From Octopus vulgaris (lineage: Eukaryota), in assembly GCA_951406725.2 (NCBI GenBank), contig OX597814.1:180854001-180918000 (forward strand): a stretch of 64,000 bases of DNA, given 5' to 3'. A model generated the notes under the pieces. That model had not been told where the DNA came from, did not search any database, and worked only from the letters and a program-made list of their open reading frames with translations. Below are positions 27,007 to 40,439 of the stretch, piece after piece (positions within the stretch are counted from its first letter, which is position 1; each line of letters starts with the position of its first letter). A program made the position numbers and the translations under genes.

Positions 27007-27072
27007 AGTTACTTCGGAGTAGCTTTATTATGGGCTGATGAAAGTTACGGAACCGAAACTTTGGGAGTAACT
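27007..27072 (+). ncRNA. Candidate hammerhead ribozyme motif
   Basis: CTGATGA-aa-gtt-acgg-aac-c-GAAAC-tttggga-GTA. The upstream agttacttcggaGTA can also pair with actttgggagtaact. Helix I is poor. Confidence 0.4.
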
Positions 27073-27560
27073 CTTTTACTTGTTTCAGTCATTTGACTGT
27101 GGCCATGCTGGAGCACCGCCTTTAGTCGAGCAAATCGATCCCAGGACCTATTCTTTATAAGCCTAGTACAAAGAAACTGCTTGTTGGTATTTCCGTTTCA
27201 TGGCGGCGAGCTGGCAGAAACGTTAGCACGCTGGGCGAAATGCGTAGCCGTATTCTATCGGTCGCTTTTGCCGAACCGCTAAGTTACGGGGACGTAAACA
27301 CACCAGCATCGGTTATCAAGTGATGTTGGGGGGACAAACACAGACACACAAACATATACATACAACACATACATATATATATATATATATACATATATAC
27401 GACGGGCTTCTTTCAGTTTCCGTCTACCAAATCCACTCACAAGGCTTTGGTCGGACCGAGGCTATAGTAGAAGACACTTGCCCAAGATGACACGCAGTGG
27501 GACTGAACCCGGAACCATGTGGTTCGTAAACAAGCTACTTACTACACAGCCACTCCTACG
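27073..27560 (-). mobile_element. CORE-type tRNA-derived SINE with internal microsatellite and a small insert from the other SINE family
   Basis: Reverse complement of the 30634-31030 family. Insert at about 27170-27253. Confidence 0.85.
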
Positions 27561-27877
27561 TCTACCAACTTTTTCTTTGTAAAAATAATACACACACACG
27601 TATAGATTACATTATCATATTATATTCTTTTATTCTTTTATTTGTTTCAGTCATTTGACTGCGGCCATGCTGGAACACCGTTTTGAAGAGATTTTAGTCG
27701 AACAAATCGATCACTGGACTTATTTCTTAAGCTTAGTACTTATTCTACCAGTCTCTTTTATATTATATCATATTATATTATATTATATTATATTATATTA
27801 TATCATATTATATTATATTATATTTAATTTCATGTCATGTCATATCATATTACATCATATTCTATCATATCATATTG

Positions 27878-28475
27878 CCGTATTTTGAGTATGGTAGACG
27901 CTGCATTGTGGAAGACGCACCCTGATTTTGGAAAAATACTTTTTATAATTATCAAAGTCCTCAACACACGATCAGGCAGTGTCCGGTGGTCACGCACTAA
28001 ATGCTTTGCAAGCAGACTAGCGGAGTGCTCATACCTGTCGTTGAGTGAAATCATCAGGCAATGGCCACCTACTTGCTGGTTTGCATCCTGGTATCATTGT
28101 AGTGTATGTTCGTTTTAGCTGTCTTGCTTATTTATTCATGCGATACACTATGGTGAGCGTACAACATCCGCCGCTGCAGACCATTTACCAGCTACCGGCA
28201 TTTCAAATACGGCTGTCACCCGCGCGTACAATCACACCGTCGGGCACTGCTCGATTGTGTGATCCAACCTTAACCAACACTAGTTGTTTATCAGTCATTA
28301 TATCATCAATTTTTAATAGAGAATCTGTAAAAGAAGCGGAAGTCTTGTATGTAACACTCCTTTTCTACGGGCTGTAATGTTTACATTCTTTGATTTTTCT
28401 TTTCTTTTTTAGGTTCTCTTTTAAATCTTATCCGTATGACGACGATGAAAAGTATTTTCCATTAGTAGAAGGAAA

Positions 28476-28548
<73 letters not shown>

Positions 28549-29690
28549 TGTCTATGTTTACTTACTTTGAATAAAAAAAGTAAAAGCAGAAAGCAATTTA
28601 GTACAAGTCAGACGGATTAAAAGTTTCAAGTTAGTAAACAATAAAAATTACAACTAGAAAAATTGAAAATTTCTTCAAATCATGTCTAGTGAAACAGTCA
28701 AATTCATTTTATTCAAATCCTAGAACTCATCGCTACTGAATTGATCACCAAGCTTCAAATCATTGCGAGAGAAAACATCACCATCATCACTGTTACAATA
28801 AATGCCGTTTACAGTTAGTATCGTGTCATGATTCCCTGCCATCATCCATTTATTCCACTGCCCCCTCATCTTATTCTTAAATGAACTTACTAATGCTGAC
28901 ACCTAGTGGTTCAAACAAGAATGTCAGACCACCGGGATTTACTGCCAGCTGTGTTTCGTTTCTTTGATAGCATCTTTGGTGTTTCCAGACTGTAAGCTCT
29001 AAACTGATCCCTTACGAATAGTGATATTTTTCAGTGCAGGCCATTAGATCGCTTGAACCATACTTTTTCCAACCATAGACGTTGTCTCGAACTCTGATAG
29101 AGTTCGGAACAACTTTGTGTCCTAACATTAATAATAAATTTATGAAAATTTACTATTTTCTCTTTTTATTCGACGGGCATTTTCTGAGTTAACTTAGTTG
29201 CTGTTCGCAAACTTAAGTTATTTCGTTTCATGAAACGAAAATACCTATTTCTTTCACTACCCACAAGGGGCTAAACACGGAGGGGACAAACAAGGACATA
29301 CAAACGGATTAAGTCAATTACATCGACCCCATTGCGCAACTGGTACTTAATTTATCGTGCCCGAAAGGATGATAGGCAAAGTCGAAGTCGGCGGAATTTG
29401 AACTCAGAACGTAACAGCTGACGAAATACGGCTACGCATTTCGCCCGGCGTGCCAGCTCGCCGCCATGAAGCGGAAATACCAACAAGCAGTTTCTTTGAA
29501 ATCATTCAATCCTGTATTTGCTGCCAAACTATTTGCTTCCAAAATGATCGTCTTCATTTTGTTGGTACACGCTATTTAAAAAAAAAATTTTTTCCTGCTT
29601 CCATCACTGACGAAACATCTCAGTATGTAGCGGACCGAGGTTTCTTTCTACTGCCCTGTTTCCATATTCTTTGACATATTGCACTACTTC
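27878..29690 (-). mobile_element. Decayed pogo-type (POGK/Tc2-like) transposon interrupted by a SINE
   Basis: Manual minus-strand translation gives DFKETACWYF|RFMKRNNLSLRTATKLTQKMP (CENP-B-like HTH), then WLEKVWFKRSNGL..SLFVRDQFRAY, LAVNPGGLT..EPLGVS and FKNKMRGQWNKWMMAGNH (pogo DDE). A TIR-like end CCGTATTTT...AGACGC...AAGACGCACC lies at 27878. Confidence 0.75.
29246..29466 (-). mobile_element. SINE inserted in the pogo HTH region
   Basis: Same family as 24917-25147, flanked by aaatacc on both sides. Confidence 0.9.
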
Positions 29691-29727
29691 AAGTTTAAAT
29701 GTGATACTATATTTGTCTCCTCGATAT

Positions 29728-30025
29728 CACCGTGATCACCGTGACCGACCAGGCTATCAGATGTTGTTACACATCGCTGGTCACAATGTGCTTCGCATTG
29801 TTTTAGCCTTCAAATGACGCCACCCCGCTGGCTAAGCGAGGAGGACAACAGAAGAAAGAGTGCGAGAAAGAGTACAGCAGGGCTCGCCACCATCCCCTGC
29901 CGGAGCCTCACGGAGCTTTAGGTGTTTTCGCTCAATAAACACTCAGAACGCCCGGTCTGGGAATCGAAACCGCGATCCTAAGACTGCGAGTCCGCTGCCC
30001 TAACCACTGGGCCATTGCGCCTCCA
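29728..30025 (-). mobile_element. Full-length tRNA-derived SINE, third family, with TSD
   Basis: The minus-strand head ggcgcaatggcccagtggttagggcagcggactcgcagtcttaggatcgcggtttcgattccc carries A and B boxes. TSD ctcctcgatat / ctccttgatat. Confidence 0.9.
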
Positions 30026-30633
30026 ACTCCTTGATATACATGCCACATATGAGGGGAAATAATTTGTAGAACATAAAATGGATTGTAACACCCGTGAAGA
30101 CCTATTAAAGAATGAACAGAATTCCAGACACATAACTGTGAAAAAATAAATTCCTGTTCAGGGAGACGACGTGCCTATCTATCGCAATTTCTCAAGAGAT
30201 CGTGTTACCACGCCATTGCCCATTATTACCGCAAACAACACAACAGCAAAGGTAATGTTGCAGCAGTAGAGTTTTTAATACAAAGTTTTTATTTACTTGC
30301 TGAGTAATCGTAATAGTATTCATATCAATGATAGTTGAATCAAATGTTTCAGCGTAGGAAGTACTTGCACTTGCTAAATAATGAAGTAGTCTTTGCAAGG
30401 GGCTGATTTCTGCTAACTCTAAGAAAACCACAGCAACTTCTCAACTAGCATCGTGGAAAATACGTGGCAATTTCCAAGGGTGTTTTTGCAAACAAAAAAT
30501 GTGTTTCCCATGCAGTAAAATATTGCAAATTATGTATTCATAAACTGACAAAAAGAGAAGACAGGCTTGGGTATGTGTCTTAAAGCAAGAGAAACAGCAC
30601 TCAATATTAAAAAATACATGAAAATACATGATA

Positions 30634-31030
30634 TAGGCGCAGGAGTGGCTGTGTGGTAAATAGCTTACTTACCAACCACGTGGTTCCGGGTTCAGTCCCG
30701 CTGCGTGGTACCTTGGGCAAGTGTCTTCTACTATAGCCTCGAGCCAACCAAAGTCTTGTGAGTGGATTTGGTAGACGGAAACTGAAAGAAGCCCATCGTA
30801 TATATGTATATCTATATATATGTGTGTTTGTGTGTCTGTGTTTGTCCCCCCAACATCGCTTGACAACCGATGCTGGTGTGCTTAGGGTTGGACAAAAAAA
30901 GGCCGATAGAATAAGTACTAGGCTTACAATGAATAAGTCCTGGGGTCGATTTGCTCGAGTAAAGGCGGTGCTCCAGCAAGGCCGCAGTCAAATGACTGAA
31001 ACAAATACAAGAGTACAAGTGAGTACAAGA
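30634..31030 (+). mobile_element. CORE-type tRNA-derived SINE
   Basis: A box tggctgtgtgg, B box ggttcagtccc, CORE-like ccttgggcaagtg and tail gcagtcaaatgactgaaacaa. More fragments lie at 31034-31360, 31612-31842 and 44634-44787. Confidence 0.85.
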
Positions 31031-31506
31031 TAAGGCGCAGAGCTGGCAGAATCGTTAGCATGCTGGGGAAAATGGTTAGCGGCATTTCATCCGTGTAAAC
31101 TTAATGAGTTCAAATTTCATCGAGTTCGACTTTGCTTTACATCCATAGCGCGGTGAGCTGGCAGAACCGTTAACCCTCCGGACAAAATGTTTAATGGCAT
31201 TTCTTCCGTCTTGACGTTCTGAGTTCAATTTCCGCCGAAGTCGACTTTAGTTCTCATCGTTTCGGAGTCGATAAAATAATACCAGTTGAGCACTGGAATC
31301 GTTTACATCGACGCTTCCTTCGAAATTGCTAGCCTTGAGCCAAAATTTGAAACGAATATTAAAGAATGCATACATACAAGCATGAATACATACATACATA
31401 CATACATACATACATACATACGTACGTACGTACGTACGTACGTACATACATACATACATACATACATACATACATACATACATACATACATACATACATA
31501 CATACA

Positions 31507-31537
<31 letters not shown>

Positions 31538-31939
31538 GAGCATGGCTAGATATGAAACTATATGCATAAGAATACATACAGAAAGTAAAGCATACAAATC
31601 TCCGCATATACTCTCTTTACTCTTTACTGTTTTACTTGCTTCAGTCATTTGACTGAGGCCACGCTGGAGCACCGCCTTTAGTCGAGGAAATCGACTCCGG
31701 GACTTATTCTTTGTAAGCCTAGTACTTATTCTATCGGACTCTTTTGCCCAACCGTAAACACACCAGCATCGGTTGTCAAGCGATGCTAGGGGTGACAAAC
31801 ACAGACACACAAACATACACACATATATATACATATATACGACAACAAGCAAAAATACCTTCTTGTACATGTTGAAATTCCAATGAAGAAGCCTTGAAAT
31901 CGGCTCTTTCTCTATTGACAAGGAATCTTGAAATAAAAC

Positions 31940-32280
31940 TGAACAATGGCATACATTGAAAATACCTTTGCTGAACTATTGAGGAATCTACAGTTACTCT
32001 ATCCAGATTATAAATTCAGGTTTATACCTGTAATTATTGGGACACTGAGATATGTAACACACTGCCTAAATGCAAATCTTGAGAAATTAGGTTTCTCAAA
32101 ACAAGAAAGGAGAAAGTTGATTCGAAGTCTACAGATCCAAGACATCACTGGAACTGTAAAAATCTGTAAAACTTTCCAGAAGTTTATCATTTAAGTATAT
32201 AAGAGCATGTTGTGACATGCAACTATATGCCTAAGGATACATACATAAAACAAAACATACAAATCTGTACATATACATAC
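31940..32280 (+). mobile_element. 3' end of a non-LTR retrotransposon with restriction-like endonuclease (R4/Dong/NeSL-like)
   Basis: ENTFAELLRNLQLLYPDYKFRFIPVIIGTL resembles the C-terminal K..KY..L...PVIIGALG motif. A (CATA)n tract follows. Confidence 0.75.
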
Positions 32281-32682
32281 ATGCATGCATGCACACACAC
32301 ATACATACATACATACATACATACATACATACATACATACATACATACATACTACTGTGTTATCTGTCATATGGCGAGTAACTACGGAAATATACTTTCG
32401 CCACCATAGGTAGTATCAGGAAATATGGCATGCATACAATAATTGTAATTTAACTTTTATCAAATCTCTCAGTACTTACACATTATGATGAAATGAATAC
32501 TAATTTTCTGAAGAAAAAAAATATTAATTACTTTAAAATAAAATAGAATAAAGCAATTTTCTGTTTGTATATTTGCAATAAATATGTTATTAATTTTCTA
32601 AATTTTATCAATATAATCGAAATCAACTCTATCGAAAACCTATCAGAAAGTTATTAGACACAACACCTTTCATGTTAACACA

Positions 32683-32762
<80 letters not shown>

Positions 32763-33507
32763 CTTGCTTGCTCTCTGTCTGTTTCGTGTGGATGCAGCAT
32801 TTTGAATTGTTTAAATAGTTACGATGTTCGCTTCATATCATATGGTTCCGGGTTAGGTCTTACTGCATAACATCTTGGGCAAGTATCTTTTACTATAACC
32901 TAGGATTAATCTAAGCCTTGTGAACGATCCTGAATATACGGAGACTGTGTGGATTGTGCCTGGAATTCAAAAGTTCGGCTTTGATATATATAGTTAATCC
33001 AAACGTGAAAACACAAAGAGAAAACACAACAACGCGAGGACGTGGAACAAGTATAGTGTTATTGGACGCTCAGGAAATACTGTGTTATAATTTTGACAGA
33101 GAATTAAGTCAAGGATACATATGTCTGTGAAACACTTAGCCACTTAAGCTCTAATTCAGTAAGCAGATAATTCAGTTGATCAAATAACTGTGTATTCATA
33201 ACCGAAACCAACGGAGACCTATTTCCTATATTTATATGTGTATGTACGTATATTTATAGTAATACTTGTGAAGCGAAGGATTGGCAGCGTTGCTGTAGTG
33301 TCAGGCAAAACGTCTTGCGGCATTTATTCCAACACTTTATGGTCTGAATTCAAATCCTGCCGAGACCAACTGTGTCCTTTCTCCCGCCGAGATCGAAAAA
33401 AATAAATATGACAATCAAATAGGGGAGTCGATTTAATCGACTAAATTCTCACTAAAAGTTCAGGCTTGTCCCTATGTAACAAAATATAATAGTAGCTTTT
33501 ATATGTC

Positions 33508-33596
<89 letters not shown>

Positions 33597-33654
33597 CTTG
33601 GATTTTTTCATCTGAGCTGCATTTAGTCCGGAAGTCTAGTCTTAATTAACTGGT

Positions 33655-34290
33655 ACTTCTTCGGTTACAACTACGACGGTTCCAGTTGATCCGACCAATG
33701 GAACAGCTTGCTTGCGAAATCAACATGCAAGTGGCTGAGCAGCCCACAGACACGCGTACCCTTAATGTAGTTCTCAAGGAGATTCAGTGTGACACAGAAT
33801 GTGATGAGACCGGCCCTTTGAAATACAGGTACTACTCATTTTTGCCAGCTGAGTGGAATGGAGCAAGGTGAAATAAAGTGTCTTACTTAAGGTCACAATG
33901 CACCACCAAGAATCGACCTCACGTTCATACGTCGATTATATTGACCAGTTCTCAACTGGTACTTATTTTATCAACCCCAAAAGGTGAAATTCCTCGGCGG
34001 AATTTGAACTCAGTACGAATAGACGGACGCTAAGCATTTTTCGGTGTGCTAACGATACTTATTTCTTTATTGCCCACGAGGGGCTAAACATAGAGGGGGA
34101 AAACAAGTACAGACAAACGGATTAAGTCTATTACAACGACCCCAGTGCGTCACTGGTACTTAATCTATCGACACCGAAAGGATGAAAGGTAAAGTCGACC
34201 TCGGCGGAATTTGAACTCAGAACGCAGCGGCGGACGAAATACCGCTCAGCATTTCATCCAGCACGCTAACGATTCTGCCAGCTCGCCGCC
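33655..34290 (-). mobile_element. Nested SINE cluster (one SINE containing a SINE dimer)
   Basis: 33655-33920 shares its tail with 37520-37700. 33931-34290 consists of two fused copies of the dominant SINE. Confidence 0.8.
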
Positions 34291-35089
34291 ATGTGGGCCG
34301 AATACCCTAACCACTAAACTATGTGCCTTCAACCAGTCTAATTAGTCTATAGAGATTCAGCAGCTTACCATTTTAAACAACATGAATACTGTATGATTGA
34401 TGAGCATTTGATTAGCTAACAGTGTTAATTTCAAATTCTACTATTAATATGCAAAAGGTAATGGGTTATGATTTCGCTGAACATTCGGCTTATTTCAAAA
34501 TCACAAGAGATTATTTGCGATTTAATGAATTGGTGATATTAAAGTGTAACATTTTACAGTAGATTTTAGAGTCTTTGTATCCTAGAACATTGGTTGTGAG
34601 TTGTTACTGTTTTGACTTTTTTGTTTTTTGTCTGTTTTTTTTTTTAATATTGTATTTGTCATTGTATCGGTGGTGTTGTTTGTATTGCTGTGGTAAGGGC
34701 AAAATGAAGAGACAGTACGTATATAACACTGGCATGCTGGTCAATGAGTCTATATTCACTCAGAATTTTTTGTTGCTATTGTTTTTTGTTTTTGTAGGAG
34801 TGGATGGTGTTTTGGATGCCGTCTAGGAAGTTTATATAGGACTAGCAAACAAAATACAATTTCAAAAGTATGGGAGGACATTAAAACCACACGAAGAATT
34901 CAAACAATTCAAAGTGGGAGCAGTAATATGAAATTTATGCATAGCATATATCATGATCAATGGAAACCTATATAAAAATTATAACCGTTACATTCATGAT
35001 TATACATCGTATAAGGATCAAACATAATGGTTGGAATGAATCAATAGAAAACAGAACATGAACACATTTAACATCTCCAAAATAATAAT

Positions 35090-35500
35090 GATTTCAAATT
35101 TTGACACAATACCAGCAATTTTTATGGGAAGGGATTACGTCGATTATATTGACCAGTTCTCAACTGGTACTTATCTTATCAACCCCAAAAGGTGAAATTC
35201 CTCGGCGGCATTTGAACTCAATACGTATAGACGGAAGGCTAAGCATTTTTCGGTGTGCTAACGATTCTTATTTGTTTACTACCCACAAGGGGCTAAACAC
35301 AGAGAAGACAAACAAGAACAGACAAACGGATTAAGTCGATTATATCGACCCCAGTGCGTAACTGATACTTATTTAATCGACCCCGAAAGGATGAAAGGCA
35401 AAGTCGACCTCGGCGGAATTTAAACTCAGAACATAACGGCAGACGAAATACCGCTAAGCATTTCGCCCGGCGTGCTAACGATTCTGCCAGCTCACTGCTA
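35090..35500 (-). mobile_element. SINE dimer
   Basis: Two fused copies, flanked by ctccaaaa(a)taataat on both sides. Confidence 0.85.
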
Positions 35501-36641
35501 TCGCCTCCAAAAATAATAATAGTGATTCTTATTATTCCTCAATGACAATAGAACACTCTGAACACTTTTTCATATTATTTGCTTTACTGCCGAATACAAC
35601 CTCAGTCAAGATGTTAAGAATTTCGTTTGGACAATTGGTGAGGTCCACTACATATTTGCTTCTAATTGCCTGTTCATTATTTTTTTCTCATAGACAAGGA
35701 ATAGACTTGAGTTGAATATGTAGTAATTTCAAAATGTTATCACGGTTAGTATCGGAAACTCCTCCCTAATCACTGCTTCATCTCGCATAATCTCACAAAA
35801 ATTTCCAGATACTCTCGGTTCTGCGCTACTTGCTACTTGTGTACAGTGTTTACTTAGCCTAACACCAGCATTTCGCGCCTTGTGTTTGCTCGATGATCCT
35901 GTTTCAGTGATATCCCCTGCAGAAGCAGTGGCACCTATTGAGATTCATTAGTCCCATTGACTTCTTTGATATTTTCATCACTTGAAATATTTTCAAATGC
36001 TGAGTTTGGATCTGTAGAGATTTGAAGAAGGGTTTGGGGATATCTTGATCGTCAATGTCAACACATCTTTCCTTGGAAATAGTTTGTGTGGTTGGATGTT
36101 ATAGATATATAACTTTGATCACTCTCACTCTTTTCTTATCTGAAATATTTAACACCAAATGCTTTTGTTTTTCTATTGAGATCTTTTAGGCACTGATGTG
36201 ACCAGTATAAATAGTCTATCTGTGTCTGTTGTTGCAAGGGAGGGTGCATTCTGCACATTTACACAGCCGTTTACATGTTTTTACCATAAAATTAGTATAC
36301 GCAATTTGGCTTTGGTAGAGAGCACTGATCAACGATACTATAAATAAATTTCAGTGTAAGCATATTCATTTTCCACCTACAGAACTCGTCCAGAACATTT
36401 TACATCAAGCATTAAATATAGAAAGACTGTGAGGCTCCAGAATTTTCTGTAATAAACAAAAATGAGGCTGGAGTGTAATTAACTGAGTTAACTCTGAGAA
36501 TATAAGAGTGTTAAGTTAATTCCTCTACTCCTAAAACAGTAATAGAACAAATTCAAAGTTTTTAACTAGAATTTTCATTTATATATTGACGGCAATTAAT
36601 TTGCAACTACCGGTGATTTGTTAATAGTTTTGTTCCATCAA

Positions 36642-37065
36642 AGGCAGCGAGCTGACAGAATCGTTACTGCACCAGGTGAAATGCTTAGCAGCATTTAGTC
36701 CGTGTTAACTTTCTGAATTCAAATTCCGCCGAGGTCGACTTTGCCTTTCATCCTTTCGGGGTCGATAAATTAAGTACCAATTACACACTGGGGTCGATGT
36801 CATCGACTTAATTCCGTTGTCTGTCCTTGTTTGTCCCCTCTATGTTTAGTCCCTTGTGGGCAATAATGAAATAAGAATCTTTACTGCGCCAGGTGAAATG
36901 CTTGGCAGCATTGTTAACGTTCTGAGTTGAAATTCTGCCGAAGTCGACTTTGTCATCCTTTTGGAGTTGATAAAATAAGTACCAGTTGAGCGTTGGGGGT
37001 CGATGTATCGACTTACCCACCTCCTCTGAAATTGCTAGCCTTGTACCAAAATTCGAAACCAATAT
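36642..37065 (+). mobile_element. SINE dimer
   Basis: Two fused copies with the junction at gaaataagaatctttactgc (about 36870-36890). Confidence 0.85.
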
Positions 37066-37386
37066 ATTTAGTTCATCAGTCTGGTTTTTTCCCTTGATTT
37101 GCCGGAATTTGCCCGTTGTTTGTCTGGATTTGGAAGAGCAGTTTTCCCTACCCTCTAATTCATATCCTCGTGAATATATAGACAAACGTTTGCATATATC
37201 AGGAATAAGCAACCTTTTTCGAGATGTAGGCTATATAAAACATGGCCCTTTTTCAAACGAGCCTCACTATTAAAAAAAATTTAAGATAATTTTTCATTTA
37301 GGTGTTACATTTAGAAAGACCAGCAGGTCGTAGTTTGTCTGTGACTGGGCTATACAGAGGCGAGTTTGCGTGTACATGTGTACGCG

Positions 37387-37445
<59 letters not shown>

Positions 37446-37519
37446 GTATATATATATAAGTTCAGTAAAAATTTAGATTCAGTTGAATAAGTTAAAGGCA
37501 CCAGAATTTGGTATGGTAT

Positions 37520-37845
37520 AGGAGCACTCCGTCGGTTGCGACGATGAGGGTCCCAGCTGATACGATCAACGGAACAGCTTGCTCGTGATATTAACGTGCA
37601 AGTGGCTGAGCACTCCACAGACACGTGTACCCTTAACGTAGTTCTCGAGGAGATTCAGCGTGACACAGAGTGTGACAAGGCTGGCCCTTTGAAATACAGG
37701 TACAAGAGAAACAGGAAGAAAGAGCGAGAGAAAGTTGTGGTGAAAGAGTACAGCAGGGTTCACCACCACCCCCTGCCGGAGCCTCGTGGAGCTTTAGGTG
37801 TTTTCGCTCAATAAACACTCACAATGCCCGGTCTGGGAATCGAAA
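37520..37845 (-). mobile_element. 5'-truncated SINE with 15-bp TSD
   Basis: TSD aatttggtatggtat at 37505-37519 and about 37845-37859. The head is shared with 29728-30025. Confidence 0.9.
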
Positions 37846-37936
37846 ATTTGGTATGGTATTATCCATATAATTAAAAATGGGGTGATTTTAATCAAAATAA
37901 GCAACAACTCTGGATATCCTTGTTGCTTATTTTGAT

Positions 37937-38034
<98 letters not shown>

Positions 38035-38744
38035 TGTGTGTGTATGTCTTTAATGTTGGGGAGTAAGAGCAACGGCAAAACCTATATAACTGCTCCTGGG
38101 TAACATTTAGTGTGTTTTAATGTTTAATTAGATCCCTTTTAATTTTCTTTTTGCGACTAGATGTTTGAAGTAACATATCAGATGGAGAGGGGGCGGCTTA
38201 GAGGAATCAGGCATTTTTGACAGGAATAGAATTTAGAAACGTGCTTTATATAAGAGAGGGAGAAATCCAGTGAGGGTAATAAATAGAGAAGTCACGAAGG
38301 TATCGATTGAATTTCATTGAAGATGATACATATCCGACAGATTCTCCTGAGGTCATTAAACTATTAGTAAATGATGACACGATGATATGATGACACAGGA
38401 TACACCTTGGTGATGAGCCAGTAGTGAATGTTAAAATATTCTGGCTGTCGTCTAATATAGAAAGGAGAATGACGCGTGCAGCATCATGCAATGTACGAGC
38501 TATATGCAATCAGTGAATAAATATTTGATGAGTTGTAAATTAGTATCTGTTCGGACCTGAATTAACTGCTGAGATTAAAGACGAAAACTAGTACTTTTAA
38601 CACAATTTTAGTTGCGTTTAATACGTGATGAGATTCTATGAACAATATCCGGAGATTGAGAATTCTAATATATCTAATGAAATATATTTCGTTTTTGGAT
38701 TTGGTTTGCAAGATTTTTTATATGAGTTCGTGTGTTGAAGCATA

Positions 38745-39022
38745 TTCTGTTGTGTCTGGGGAGCGTCATTTTCTTTCTGTGCCTTATGATATAACACTCT
38801 CACCGGTAAAATTTCCACTTTTTTCTTATTTTTGTTTTCCTAAAAATTTTCGTTGCGTCTTGCAATCTTTTCAATACCATTGAGTCAAAACTATTTAAAA
38901 GGTTGCAAGACACAACGAAAATTTTAGGAAAATAAAAATAAGAAAAAAGTGGAAATTTTACCGGTGAGTGTGTTATATTATAAGGCACAGAAAGAAAATG
39001 ACTCTCCCCAGACACAATAGAA
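38745..39022. mobile_element. Palindromic MITE (about 130-bp arms), TA-flanked
   Basis: TA|ttctgttgtgtctgggga...tgcaatcttttcaata pairs with tatttaaaaggttgca...tccccagacacaatagaa|TA. Confidence 0.85.
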
Positions 39023-40439
39023 TAATGAAATGTAATTAACTAAGCTGTTTATTTCACATATATTTAATATAGCGGTGTCTTTCCTTAAGAGGTGTAGTGA
39101 ATATGTTTAAGGATAGAGGTTTAAACAAGAGAATTGAGCCTGTATAAGGACAACGTGTGCATTTCAAATACCAGAGGAAGAGGAATTTGATCATTTCACT
39201 TGATAGCGCAAACGTTGTCGATACACATACTGCTGTAAACCTACCGGTTTCTCTCGCTTAAGTTTTGCTCGTAGTATCCCTGTTGTTACTTAGCGCAGGC
39301 CAACCCTGATCGTGCCAAACTATGACGACAGAAGTCCTGATCTTGATAATCTCGTCTTTATTCTGAGTTTCTAGATGATATTATTTGCTTTTGACACATA
39401 AAAACGGGATTCCATACCGCATGGCAAATTGTATAACCCTCATCCCAGCGAAGCAGCCTCTTCATATTTGCAAGAAATAGCAACTAAGTGGTCCCCAAAT
39501 CATACTCTACCATCTTTAAAAAAATTAGAAAGACATATTTGGGATAATGTTCAAAAGGAACACTAACGCATCGATTTCACTGGTCTAGGAGGTCCTGTGA
39601 AGACCATGAAAACAGGCCCTTTCTCTAGACCAACCCAATAATTATATTCAATGTTATAGATACACTGCATTCGTTTGCAAGCAGATGAGATGGTCATGAC
39701 TGAAATACCTTTAGATCATAGCTCTGCACACTTAATCCTAACCTAAAGCTAAGCAACAACTGCAACAGTGTTCTACTGACTGCGTTGTTATCAATAAAAA
39801 TAACTATTTACACAGACGCAATATCAGAAATTGTGTAGTATAGTCGATTAAATTGACTCCAGAACTTAGCTGATAATCTCACTTCGTCACCTCTCGGAGA
39901 GATGACAAGTAAATTCTATCTCAGTGGAGTTTGTACTCAGGACGTAAAGCGCTATGATGTTCTGGTGTCTTGGTTCTCAATCTTTAGGAATTCGCGGTGC
40001 ACTGGAGAGTAAGAAATTGCTGGTACATTTTGCTAAGGGATTTTTTCGGAAGAAAATAGAGTACAAAAAAAGGAGATTTAGAGTAAAACAAAATAGAGAA
40101 AATATAAAAAATACATGAAGATTCTAAAACGAATCCAGAAAAGAGGTATTCGGACTGATTGGCATAAAGTCACACAAACATACCTGGCTTTTAAATCCTT
40201 TCTTTGCCTTTTTACGAGGAAATTCTACCAAGTTTTACAATAGAATCATGTATATCATTGTATAATATATTTTGCGTGTTCATTTGTATAAGTAACAAAA
40301 GAAACCATCTTTAAAATTACATTGGGACTTTATTCCTTCGTAAAGTGGTGCGATTGATCAAAGCAGGAAACAGTGTAAGTTATACAGTACAAGGTCTACC
40401 GTTTTGATAATTCAGCTTGGATCGTCATTGATTGCATGG

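Noticed and set aside
29950-30025. tRNA gene
   Set aside because: The A and B boxes belong to a SINE head with a body, tail and TSD.
35700-36300. Possible coding exon (more balanced composition)
   Set aside because: Stops in the minus-strand frames I translated, no ORF in the track, and no recognisable motif.
39215-39280. Minus-strand GAAACCGGTA as a hammerhead remnant
   Set aside because: The upstream core is broken and helices are not supported.
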